Source of the DNA: Candidatus Bipolaricaulota bacterium
GTDB taxonomy: Bacteria > Bipolaricaulota > Bipolaricaulia > UBA7950 > UBA9294
Assembly (NCBI GenBank): GCA_030611415.1
Contig: JAUWPW010000001.1
Coordinates: forward strand, 18,107-82,106
Direction of reading: 5' to 3'
Length of the DNA: 64,000 nt
The notes under the pieces are model-generated. The model ran no database searches, was not told the DNA's origin, and worked only from the letters and a program-made list of their open reading frames with translations. The position numbers and the translations under genes were made by a program. Each line of letters opens with the position of its first letter. Within the stretch, counting starts at the first letter, position 1. This document shows, piece after piece, positions 1 to 8,465 of the stretch.

Positions 1-20
1 CCGCGAATATCAAGCGCATC

Positions 21-926
21 TCACTTAGCGTTTCTAGCACGGCTCACCTCTTCGATGAAAATCTGGTTGAGAGATGGCATGCCAATCTCGTATCGCTCAA
101 CCGGAATGCTTGCGTCCAAGTAGGCACGGAGGACCTCATCGGGCTTTATTCCTTTGCCCATCAGGTACTCGAAAGAGCCATTTCGAAACTTGGCGTCCAC
201 TACACCAAGCATGCTTTCGGGCTGGCGATCTGCCGTGACGCAAACGCTACGCATGCCTCTGGCTCGCTTCAACTCGGCAAGGCGCCCGTAGAGGAGAGTC
301 TGGCCGTCGTTGATCAGGAGCACGCGCTCGCAGAGCTCCTCTACGTCTGGCATCTGGTGGGTACTGAATACGATGGCTGCCCCGCGTTCCTTCTGCTCAC
401 GGAGAATCTCTTTCATAAGCTGTACGTTGAGAGGGTCCAGCCCGGCAAAGGGCTCGTCTAGAATGATCAGGTCCGGCTTGTGAAGCAGCGCCCCAGCAAA
501 CTGGACCAGTTGTGTCATCCCTCGCGACAGCGCCTGCACCTTCTTGTTTCGGTACTCGTACAGGCCGACGCGCTGGAGCATCTCCTGGGCGTGTGCTCTG
601 ACCGTAGCGGCGTCCATCCGCTTCAGTCGGCCAAGGTAGACAAGGATATCTATAACCTTCGACTTCTGGTAAAGTCCTCGCTCCTCTGGCAGATACCCCA
701 CTCTAGTGAGGGCTTCCCGTGTCGGCATTCCGCCAAGCAGGCTTACGCTACCCGACTCTGGTCGTATGATGTCCAGAGCCATCCGGATTGTCGTCGTCTT
801 GCCAGAACCGTTGGGTCCCAGAAGGCCAAAGGTCTCCCCGCGCTCTACTGCTAGTGAAACGTCGTCAACCACGGTACGGCTATCGTAGACCTTTGTGACA
901 TCCTTGATCTCAAGGGCCGCGTTCAT
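21..926 (-). CDS. ABC transporter ATP-binding protein (ABC-2/export type)
   Basis: Walker A GPNGSGKTTT, ABC signature LSRGM, Walker B ILDEP. Strong RBS AGGAGG 6 nt upstream of the ATG at 926. Confidence 0.85.
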   Translation of the reverse strand: MNAALEIKDVTKVYDSRTVVDDVSLAVERGETFGLLGPNGSGKTTTIRMALDIIRPESGSVSLLGGMPTREALTRVGYLPEERGLYQKSKVIDILVYLGRLKRMDAATVRAHAQEMLQRVGLYEYRNKKVQALSRGMTQLVQFAGALLHKPDLIILDEPFAGLDPLNVQLMKEILREQKERGAAIVFSTHQMPDVEELCERVLLINDGQTLLYGRLAELKRARGMRSVCVTADRQPESMLGVVDAKFRNGSFEYLMGKGIKPDEVLRAYLDASIPVERYEIGMPSLNQIFIEEVSRARNAK

Positions 927-1142
927 GATTCTCCTCCTGTTTGTGGGATTTCAGCTAACGGCTGAAGTTTATGAACTTGATCGGTGATTACAGTCGCGCC
1001 ATTCGGAAGACATCCGCCTCGCAATCGAGCTCTTCCGAACATACGGACCAAAAGCGATCACGGCTCGTGATGTCCTTCGCGCAAGGGGCGCGGCTCGCCT
1101 AGATCCCAACAATCTCGTCCAGCACCACAAGTTATAAATGAA

Positions 1143-1170
1143 GTAGCCACTATAGCTTATCGGTGGCTAC
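1143..1170 (-). terminator. Putative rho-independent terminator downstream of the HU gene
   Basis: Perfect 8-bp inverted repeat GTAGCCAC-N12-GTGGCTAC. On the minus strand it is followed by a T-rich run (TTCATTTATAAC). Confidence 0.3.
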
Positions 1171-1268
1171 GGTCAACAAGAAAGGTATGTGGATGCTCAA
1201 CACGCAGGATAATCTAGTCCGAGATCTCGCGAGGTAGTAATGAGCTTAAAATAAGGTCAAGGTTATGT

Positions 1269-1586
1269 CTATTTTACCTTAAGCTTAGATCCTACCTTTA
1301 TGACCTTGAGTTTCTTGGCGACGACATCTTTTAGGGTCTTTCCTGCTTTGAACGTAGGGACAACCTTTGCCGGTACGTTAAACCTTTGTCCTGTTTGGGG
1401 GTTGATCCTTCTACTTGCTTTGCGTGCCCTTACCTCGAACTTCCCAAACCCGGTGAGAAAGACCTGCTCGTTCTTAGCCAGGTTCTCTGTAACTACATCG
1501 ATCACAACATCAAGCACCTTACGTGCATCCTTCTTTGTAAGCCCAGCCCTAGAAGCAATTGCGTCAACAAACCCTTGTTTGTTCAT
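1269..1586 (-). CDS. hup: HU family DNA-binding protein with Lys-rich C-terminal tail
   Basis: MNKQGFVDAIA...LTGFGKFEVRARKASRRINPQTGQ is a canonical HU/IHF fold. RBS AAGGGGGA sits upstream. A C-terminal KKLKVIKVGSKLKVK extension follows the HU core. Confidence 0.85.
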   Translation of the reverse strand: MNKQGFVDAIASRAGLTKKDARKVLDVVIDVVTENLAKNEQVFLTGFGKFEVRARKASRRINPQTGQRFNVPAKVVPTFKAGKTLKDVVAKKLKVIKVGSKLKVK

Positions 1587-1797
1587 TTGTCCCCCTTGAA
1601 CAACAGATAAGCAACAGTATATGGGAAAGGGAGAGGGAATTACAAATAATCTTCTTCTCTCCGTCCTCTACCGCAATATTGTGGTGATCAGGTGTCTCAG
1701 TCATATTGACACAGAGGGTGTAAGAGAGCGTGTAAGGATCTACTTGATCGATTGGATGTTTTGCGTGACCATTGATAAACAAGAGATTGCAGACGTC

Positions 1798-2763
1798 ATG
1801 AAAGGAGATATGCGTTTGAGAATAATCGTCACCGGTGGGGCTGGATTTATTGGTTCACATATCGTTGATACCTACATTGGTGCGGGGCATGACGTGCTTG
1901 TCTTGGATGACCTCTCTACCGGGAAAATGGCAAATCTAAACACAAAGGCAAGCTTTGAGCAGGTTGATATCCGAGATCGAGACAAGATTTCTTCTCTCTT
2001 CAAACGCTTTAAACCTCAGATCGTCAACCATCACGCAGCTCAAATCGACATCCGCCGCTCAATCGCTGCTCCAATATTCGATACGGAAGTAAACGTCTTG
2101 GGAACAGTAAACCTGCTACATCAATCAGTCAACCGCAATGTAAAGGGATTTATATTTGCATCCTCTGGGGGAGCAATCTATGGAGAAACTTCCACGCCAG
2201 CGGCGGAAGGAAACCCCAAAGCGCCAATTAGTCCATATGGAGCAGCAAAAGCAGCAATAGAATACTATCTATTTGCCTACATGCATACATTCAAGTTGGA
2301 AACACTGGCTCTACGTTACGGAAACGTCTATGGCCTGCGGCAGGATCCAAGGGGAGAGGCTGGCGTGATTTCTATCTTTGCTGAGAAACTTCTGGCAAAC
2401 GAGACTCCCACTATCTTTGGGACTGGTAAACAGCTAAGAGACTACATATTCGTGAAAGAGGTTGCCCGGGCAAATCTCCTTGCCACTGATTACCTGTTGT
2501 CTGGGCTTCCTATGGGCCTCACTCCCGACGAACGTGCCCTTAACATCGCTACCGGCCATTCACTTTCAGTAAATGATCTTTTCACGCACCTGGCTAAGAT
2601 TACCGACTTTAGTAAAGGCCCATCTTATGCCAAGGCCCGACCTGGAGAACTTATGGAGAGTAGACTCGATGTAACTCGGGCAGACAAGAAGCTTGGCTTT
2701 ACCGCGGAGACCTCACTCGTGAGAGGACTAGCCGAAGTGGTAGCGTGGCTGCGCAAGAAATGA
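1798..2763 (+). CDS. NAD-dependent epimerase/dehydratase (UDP-sugar 4-epimerase-like)
   Basis: Rossmann motif VTGGAGFIGSH and a YxxxK-type SDR fold. The ORF-track extension 1621-1797 is probably leader. The start is ambiguous among 1798, 1810 and TTG 1816. The stop overlaps the wecB start (ATGA). Confidence 0.75.
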   Translation: MKGDMRLRIIVTGGAGFIGSHIVDTYIGAGHDVLVLDDLSTGKMANLNTKASFEQVDIRDRDKISSLFKRFKPQIVNHHAAQIDIRRSIAAPIFDTEVNVLGTVNLLHQSVNRNVKGFIFASSGGAIYGETSTPAAEGNPKAPISPYGAAKAAIEYYLFAYMHTFKLETLALRYGNVYGLRQDPRGEAGVISIFAEKLLANETPTIFGTGKQLRDYIFVKEVARANLLATDYLLSGLPMGLTPDERALNIATGHSLSVNDLFTHLAKITDFSKGPSYAKARPGELMESRLDVTRADKKLGFTAETSLVRGLAEVVAWLRKK

Positions 2764-3851
2764 AGATCCTCCTATTCTTTGGGACACGTCCGGAGACGAT
2801 CAAGCTTGCACCGGTTCTGCGTGAACTACAAGCCTGCCCGCGAATCAAGCCCATTGTGTGCGTCAGCACACAACATCGAGAATTACTTGAGCAAGCGCTA
2901 CAGGTATTCTCGATTGTACCTGATTACAACCTTGGAATAATGACACCTGGTCAAAGCTTGTTCCGTATCACGCGTCTAATGCTCGCCGGACTTGAACCAA
3001 TCCTAGAAGAAGAACATCCCGACCTAGTGCTCGTCCAAGGAGATACGACTACAGCTTTCGTAGGGGCAATTGCTTCGTATTATTGCAGAATCCCGGTGGC
3101 TCATGTAGAAGCTGGCTTACGCACTTTTGATCCCTATGCTCCTTTCCCAGAAGAGATGAACCGCTGCCTCATTGATCAACTCGCAGCGCTTCACTTCGCC
3201 CCCACGCCAACAGCAAGAGAAAATCTGCTTGCGGCTGGAATCTCAGAAGACACTGTTTTTGTTACCGGAAATACAGAAATTGATGCCCTTCAGTTCGTTC
3301 ACGCTCATATTCCTCCACGATCTCGTTTCGCATTCCCAGGCAAGATCATCTTAGTGACAGCACACCGTCGAGAGAGTTTTTCTGGCGGGATTGCTCGTAT
3401 TTGCCATGCCCTGGAACAGCTTGCGCAACGGAACAAAGATATCAGCATTGTTTATCCCGTTCACCCAAATCCAAATGTCCACGAAGTGGCAGAGACAGAG
3501 CTGGGCAAACAGCAAAAGATCAATCTTATTCCTCCGCTTGATTACGCCTCTTTTGTACACTTGATGGCAGACTCAACCCTTGTGCTAACTGATTCCGGCG
3601 GAATTCAAGAGGCAGCAGCCGCACTTCACATCCCCACTTTAGTACTAAGAGATAAAACCGAGCGAACAGAAGGATTGCACAGCGGAGGAGCACAACTTGT
3701 AGGTACTGATCCAAAACGCATCGTCGCTGCCGCGGAACACCTATTACACAATCCACAGGCATATGAAAAAATGGCAAAAGCCAGCAATCCCTATGGTAAT
3801 GGAGATGCTGCTGTACAGATTAGGCAAGTAATAGAAGCAAGGTTTCTATGA
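2760..3851 (+). CDS. wecB: UDP-N-acetylglucosamine 2-epimerase (non-hydrolysing)
   Basis: N-terminus MKILLFFGTRPETIKLAPV and a conserved HVEAGLRT motif. The ATG at 2760 overlaps the upstream stop (ATGA). Confidence 0.85.
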   Translation: MKILLFFGTRPETIKLAPVLRELQACPRIKPIVCVSTQHRELLEQALQVFSIVPDYNLGIMTPGQSLFRITRLMLAGLEPILEEEHPDLVLVQGDTTTAFVGAIASYYCRIPVAHVEAGLRTFDPYAPFPEEMNRCLIDQLAALHFAPTPTARENLLAAGISEDTVFVTGNTEIDALQFVHAHIPPRSRFAFPGKIILVTAHRRESFSGGIARICHALEQLAQRNKDISIVYPVHPNPNVHEVAETELGKQQKINLIPPLDYASFVHLMADSTLVLTDSGGIQEAAAALHIPTLVLRDKTERTEGLHSGGAQLVGTDPKRIVAAAEHLLHNPQAYEKMAKASNPYGNGDAAVQIRQVIEARFL

Positions 3852-4702
3852 ATAAGGGTTACGCCGATCTCCATTTGCATACCACCGCATCTGACGGCAC
3901 ACAAGAGATCTCTGAGCTCGTGAAGCGGGCAGCTACATATGGTCTATCTACCATAGCAATTACTGATCACGACACGATTTCTCCACTGTTGACAAGCCCC
4001 GTAACGATAATGAGGGAGCTTGAGGTGATAACCGGAGTGGAACTAAAGGTAGATTATGATGGCATACCCGGAGAATTGCTTGGCTATTTTATCAACCCCG
4101 GAATCCCACCGATAAAGCACCTGTTTCTATCAATGGAACAGGCACGCAAGAAGCGAATGAAGAAGATCATTGATCGCTGCCGTAACTATCTTGGAGTTGA
4201 CATCACATTTGAGGAAGTACGCAGATTGGCAAAGGGAAGCATTGGACGTCCTCACCTGGCACAACTCCTTGTCGACAAGCACGCTGCACCTTCGTTGCAT
4301 GACGCATTCAGCCAGTTCATTGCAGATGGAAAGCCATGCTATGTTCGTCTTGACAGGCCAGGGTTTCGCGAAGCAGCAAACGCGATACATACAGCAGGGG
4401 GGGTAAGCTCTATACCACATCCTTGTCTCATGTCGGTGCAGAACTGGGAGCAGTTCCTCATGAAGGTCCATGTACAAGGAGTAGATGGAATCGAGGTATT
4501 CTATCCTTACAAGAATACAACCGGCAAACTTCGAGCCTCACCCGACACACTCATGTCTCTAGCCAAGAAACAAGGCTTCCTCCTAACCGGTGGCTCAGAC
4601 GACCACGGTCCGGATTCAGTTAAAGAAACACTTGGCACGATAAAACTTCCTTATCACTATGTATCTGCAATCAAGAAAGCTTGTGCTTCCGTCCATGATT
4701 GA
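3848..4702 (+). CDS. PHP-domain metal-dependent phosphoesterase (TrpH/YciV-like)
   Basis: DLHLHTTASDGT...ITDHDT is the PHP His-motif set. It is translationally coupled to wecB by an ATGA overlap. Confidence 0.7.
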   Translation: MNKGYADLHLHTTASDGTQEISELVKRAATYGLSTIAITDHDTISPLLTSPVTIMRELEVITGVELKVDYDGIPGELLGYFINPGIPPIKHLFLSMEQARKKRMKKIIDRCRNYLGVDITFEEVRRLAKGSIGRPHLAQLLVDKHAAPSLHDAFSQFIADGKPCYVRLDRPGFREAANAIHTAGGVSSIPHPCLMSVQNWEQFLMKVHVQGVDGIEVFYPYKNTTGKLRASPDTLMSLAKKQGFLLTGGSDDHGPDSVKETLGTIKLPYHYVSAIKKACASVHD

Positions 4703-4818
4703 TGACCCTACGCACGCTGTTTTGCGCTCTAGGCAATAATCCCAGCAAGTCAGATAGAGTGAGCCGATCTGTGCTCTGAGGTTGACAAGAAAAGGAACAG
4801 TTGTTAGTCTGTGCTCAA

Positions 4819-4902
4819 GCGAGGGTGGCGGAATTGGCAGACGCGCTAGCCTTAGGAGCTAGTGCCCTTCCGGGCATGCGGGTTCGAGTCCCGCCCTTCG
4901 CA
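4819..4902 (+). tRNA. tRNA-Leu (anticodon TAG)
   Basis: Class II cloverleaf with acceptor GCGAGGG/CCTTCGC, anticodon loop cTTAGGa, a long variable arm and T-arm GCGGGTTCGAGTCCCGC. No encoded CCA. Confidence 0.8.
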
Positions 4903-4944
4903 TTTGCGTGATGCACGATCGCCCGTTATACTGTGGATTGTACT

Positions 4945-5016
4945 GCGGGAATAGCTCAGCGGTAGAGCACTGCCTTGCCAAGGCAGGGGTCGCGGGTTCA
5001 AATCCCGTTTCCCGCT
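4945..5016 (+). tRNA. tRNA-Gly (anticodon GCC)
   Basis: GCGGGAATAGCTCAGCGGTAGAGC...anticodon loop tTGCCAa...GGTTCAAATCC. The acceptor stem pairs fully. Confidence 0.85.
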
Positions 5017-5042
5017 TGTTGCGAGATCTAGATGAACGTCGG

Positions 5043-5126
5043 GCCGGGGTGGCGGAATTGGCAGACGCAAGGGACTTAAAATCCCTTGAGGTTAACCTCG
5101 TGCGGGTTCAAGTCCCGCTCCCGGCA
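5043..5126 (+). tRNA. tRNA-Leu (anticodon TAA)
   Basis: Class II tRNA with the same D-arm as the first Leu tRNA (TGGCGGAATTGGCAGACGC), anticodon loop cTTAAAa and a long variable arm. Confidence 0.8.
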
Positions 5127-5134
5127 CAAGATAT

Positions 5135-5208
5135 CGCGGGGTGGAGCAATCAGGGAGCTCGTCGGGCTCATAACCCGGAGGTTGTCGGTTCGAATCCGAC
5201 CCCCGCAA
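5135..5208 (+). tRNA. Initiator tRNA-fMet (anticodon CAT)
   Basis: C1:A72 mismatch at the acceptor end and three consecutive G:C pairs closing the anticodon stem (GGG/CCC) around loop CTCATAA. These are hallmarks of the bacterial initiator. Confidence 0.8.
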
Positions 5209-5214
5209 CGAGAC

Positions 5215-5289
5215 GGCGGCGTAGCTCAACCGGTTGAGAGCGCTCGGCTCATATCCGAGAGGTTCGGGGTTCGAGTCCCTGCGCCGCTA
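5215..5289 (+). tRNA. tRNA-Met elongator type (CAT); tRNA-Ile2 (lysidine) cannot be excluded
   Basis: GGCGGCGTAGCTCAACCGGTTGAGAGC...anticodon stem CTCGG/CCGAG with loop cTCATAt, T-arm GGGGTTCGAGTCCCT. Acceptor pairs 1-7. Confidence 0.7.
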
Positions 5290-5303
5290 TTGATCGTAGC
5301 TAG

Positions 5304-5377
5304 GGGGGCGTAGCTCTAACCGGGAGAGCGCTGCGTTCGCATCGCAGAGGTTGGCGGTTCGAATCCGCTCGCCTCCA
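5304..5377 (+). tRNA. tRNA-Ala (anticodon CGC)
   Basis: G3:U70 Ala identity pair in acceptor GGGGGCG/CGCCTCC, anticodon loop tTCGCAt, T-arm GGCGGTTCGAATCCGCT. Confidence 0.8.
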
Positions 5378-5541
5378 TAAGACAAGCTTACTTGCAATCC
5401 TATTATTGGGGAACCAGGAAGGCACGAGAAAATCAGGAATGGGTTTCACACTTCAAACTCTCCTGCTTTCCTGGCTTTCTCATAGTAAGATCTCAGGTTT
5501 AAGCCGCTCAAGTGAAACGATAAGCAGATATAACAGCAGGA

Positions 5542-6471
5542 CTAGTATTTGATGTGCCATAGCAGGAAGCCGACAAGTGAAGACAACAGGCTGACAACAG
5601 TAAGAACACAAACAGTTTTCCTTGTTCCCAAACGTGCTGCTAGGCGATGATGAATATGTTGTTTATCTCCCGCAAAGATTGACCTACCACAAGAGAGCCG
5701 CCGGACTATGGCAAACAGAATATCACTCAGCGGAACACAGGCAAGGAACAGGGCTGGAACAATGGCCCAACCGATCCCCTGTGTACTCTTCCGAAGAACA
5801 AGAAGAGATCCCACAGCAAATAGGTATCCAAGTAATTCGGCGCCGGTATCCCCCAGAAGCAAGCGGGCAGGATAGCGATTTAGCGGATAGAAACCAATAA
5901 GCGAACACAACACAGTAAGGCTAAGCCCTATTCCCACATAATTTGTCATTTGACAGGAGAGAACAAACATAACGACAAGTGGCGGCAGAAGGATGCTCGT
6001 CACCAATCCATCTAATCCATCAATCAAGTTAACCGCATTTGTCAATCCTAGAATATAGAACAACGGGATGATATACCAAGCCATTCCAAGGTTGATGGAA
6101 GAACCAAATAGGCTTAGATGGGCAAGCGGCAAACCAACCAGGGCAAGTATGGCCGCTACACCTTGCCCCAACAGCTTCTGCCAAGGGGAAAGATCAATCA
6201 GGTCATCGACCAATCCAACTAAGAAAACGACCCCGGCCCCAAGAAGGAAGAAGTAGTTAGGGCCTGGAGACATGAAGACCCCGCCGGCAAGAATGCCAAG
6301 GAGAACTGCCGGACCACCAATTGGGCGGCCATCCTCCCTATCACGCAATGCCCAGTAACGCTTGGCATAGCAGATTAGGAAACCACTAACTAGCGTTACA
6401 CTAAATGAAAAAACCGCTGACATGAATAGCGTGTGGCTCATAGTCTCAAAGTGTAGATACATAACAGACAA
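5542..6471 (-). CDS. Glycosyltransferase family 4 (MraY/WecA-type polyprenyl-phosphate sugar-1-phosphate transferase)
   Basis: Multi-TM protein with NLIDGLDGL and VDDLIDLSP motifs typical of the WecA/TagO/MraY superfamily. The start may be a downstream Met (6441 or 6423). Confidence 0.7.
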   Translation of the reverse strand: MSVMYLHFETMSHTLFMSAVFSFSVTLVSGFLICYAKRYWALRDREDGRPIGGPAVLLGILAGGVFMSPGPNYFFLLGAGVVFLVGLVDDLIDLSPWQKLLGQGVAAILALVGLPLAHLSLFGSSINLGMAWYIIPLFYILGLTNAVNLIDGLDGLVTSILLPPLVVMFVLSCQMTNYVGIGLSLTVLCSLIGFYPLNRYPARLLLGDTGAELLGYLFAVGSLLVLRKSTQGIGWAIVPALFLACVPLSDILFAIVRRLSCGRSIFAGDKQHIHHRLAARLGTRKTVCVLTVVSLLSSLVGFLLWHIKY

Positions 6472-6520
6472 GGTACAAGCTTTATTGCGTTAGCTGCCAT
6501 CCTGTAGTACCCTTCTTGCC

Positions 6521-7528
6521 ATGGCAACAAATGTAGCAGATAAAGAAAGGAACCGCTGCGCGATCTCTTCTCTACTCCTTGTTCACCCCGGAACAAACCG
6601 CACAGAAAAGGGTCGAGAAATGGCCGCGCCACTTATTAGCAATGACCCCAAGGAACAAGGGCTTATTACACGTGGGATCCATCCAGATCTGATTGAACTC
6701 ACGTCTCTTCCCGGGAAGGATAAAGTGGGGATCGCTCAGGTGCGAGATGCAATCAGACAAGGACATTTCTCTCCCCTCCAAGGGCAAAGAAAAGTATGCT
6801 TGATCTCATATGCGGAAACGCTGACCATCGAAGCAGCGAACGCGCTCCTCAAGATCTTGGAAGAACCTCCGAAAAGCCTTGTCTTCTTACTGCTAGCAGA
6901 GAACGCCACAGATATCTTGCCTACAATCCTCTCGCGTAGTTCTGTAGTGCGACTCGTTCCACCTTCAGAAAAACTCCGCTTGGCTTGCTTAACAACTGCG
7001 GGATACAGCAAAGAAGATGCCCACTACCTGCTTACAGTATTCAGGGGTAAGCAGGAAATACCTGGTTCGTTTCTTGCGAAACATCAAGATATTGGCGCGC
7101 TGCGCAAGAAGGAGGAGAATCGCGCCTCCTCTTCTACGGAGCAATCCCTCATTGAAATGCTCACCTCTAAAGACCTAATCTCTCGATATGAGGGAACTCT
7201 TGCCTTTCTCAAGCTTTTGAGCCAGAGCAAGGGAGCACTTGTCGTACTAGGAGCAAGGAAACTGGCGCAAACAGGACGTAAGGAAGTAGAGATCTTTCTA
7301 CAGGAAATGCTCTACATATCCCTGGATCTTCTATATGCGCAGCTTTCTGTCCCTTCCTCACGTTTCGATGAAAGAATTCGTTCACTAACCAATAATATGA
7401 CAATAAGAAAAGTCTTGCGGTTTTCGAAATCCGTAGCAAACGCATTGCACTCAATAGAGGTATACAGCCCGCTGGAGACAGTGCTGCTTTCAGTTTTTCT
7501 TGCTTCTGGAGAGTTAGTCGATGAGTGA
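6521..7528 (+). CDS. holB: DNA polymerase III delta-prime subunit, N-terminally short
   Basis: GIHPDLIELT...KVCLISYAETLTIEAANALLKILEEPP...ILPTILSRSSVVRL aligns with the E. coli delta-prime sensor/SRC region from about residue 75. An alternative start is 6620. It is followed by yaaT/PSP1, as in the conserved holB-yaaT arrangement. Confidence 0.7.
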   Translation: MATNVADKERNRCAISSLLLVHPGTNRTEKGREMAAPLISNDPKEQGLITRGIHPDLIELTSLPGKDKVGIAQVRDAIRQGHFSPLQGQRKVCLISYAETLTIEAANALLKILEEPPKSLVFLLLAENATDILPTILSRSSVVRLVPPSEKLRLACLTTAGYSKEDAHYLLTVFRGKQEIPGSFLAKHQDIGALRKKEENRASSSTEQSLIEMLTSKDLISRYEGTLAFLKLLSQSKGALVVLGARKLAQTGRKEVEIFLQEMLYISLDLLYAQLSVPSSRFDERIRSLTNNMTIRKVLRFSKSVANALHSIEVYSPLETVLLSVFLASGELVDE

Positions 7529-8336
7529 ACAGAAGGCTGTCCTTGTACAAGTATTCAATTTTATGCATGACACCGCGTATTTCTACACCTCCCACCTATT
7601 GCTCTCTCCTGGAACTCGATGTGTGGTTGAACATGAAGGCCCACATCTAGGAGTGGTACAAAACGTACTCACTCCTTCTGGAGAAATCAGCGAGCATTTT
7701 GACAGGGTAGTGCGGAAGGCTACAACGGCAGATCTAGACGCGTTCTCCCGTAATCTAGAAGACATAAGAGAGGTCCTTTCTACAACGAGGAAGAGAATAG
7801 CTCGTCAAAGGCTCCATATGCATCTCGCTGCGGCAGAGTACACCCTCGATCGCTCACGGCTACGCGTTTACTTCACGGCCCCGTACCGAATAGACTTTCG
7901 CGTCCTTGTCAGAGAACTGACAAGGACGTACAAGGCAACTATCGAGCTGCGCCAAATGGGAACCCGTGATGAAGCAAGGATTAAGGGAGGAATTGGACGA
8001 TGTGGGCGAATCATCTGCTGCCGTCAGTTTCTGCATGAACCTCAGCCGGTTCCCATGGAACTAGCCTACGATCAGGAATTATTTGTTCCGCCAGAACGAA
8101 TAACCGGCGTATGCGGACGGTTGATGTGCTGTCTTACCTTCGAGCACGATCTGTACAAACGGGAACTTGAAAAACAGCCAAGCCTAGGAACATGGGTATT
8201 CTACAAAGGGAAGAAAGGAAAGGTGATCTCACACAATATATTCCGACGCACAATAACTATCCTCGTGCAGGGCAAGGAACGACTAGAAATAGATGTAGAC
8301 ACGGTAGAATACCCTACTAAGACGCAAAAGCCATAG
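7521..8336 (+). CDS. PSP1 C-terminal domain protein (YaaT/stage 0 sporulation protein homolog)
   Basis: RIGRCGRIICCRQFL...GVCGRLMCCLTFEHDLY is the PSP1 Cys-rich motif. The start overlaps the holB stop. Confidence 0.75.
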   Translation: MSEQKAVLVQVFNFMHDTAYFYTSHLLLSPGTRCVVEHEGPHLGVVQNVLTPSGEISEHFDRVVRKATTADLDAFSRNLEDIREVLSTTRKRIARQRLHMHLAAAEYTLDRSRLRVYFTAPYRIDFRVLVRELTRTYKATIELRQMGTRDEARIKGGIGRCGRIICCRQFLHEPQPVPMELAYDQELFVPPERITGVCGRLMCCLTFEHDLYKRELEKQPSLGTWVFYKGKKGKVISHNIFRRTITILVQGKERLEIDVDTVEYPTKTQKP

Positions 8337-8465
8337 GTCATGCCCCAGATTTTCTAAGTCCACCAAAATCCGTTCTCAAACGCACAAACCTCAGCCATAG
8401 TTCCATCCTTACCACAAGCACGCGCCCATTTCAGCCAGCCCTCAATCAGCAAAGATCCATCCTGC

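Noticed and set aside
1621-1797. N-terminal 59-codon extension of the epimerase ORF (1621 start)
   Set aside because: The Rossmann GxGxxG motif begins immediately after the Met at 1798/1810. The upstream extension has no similarity to any epimerase N-terminus and reads through the likely promoter/leader.
4852-5313. ORF-track reading frames 4852..5070(-), 4908..5237(+), 5086..5313(+) as protein-coding genes
   Set aside because: They lie entirely over six tightly packed tRNA genes. The amino-acid sequences are low-complexity translations of tRNA stems.
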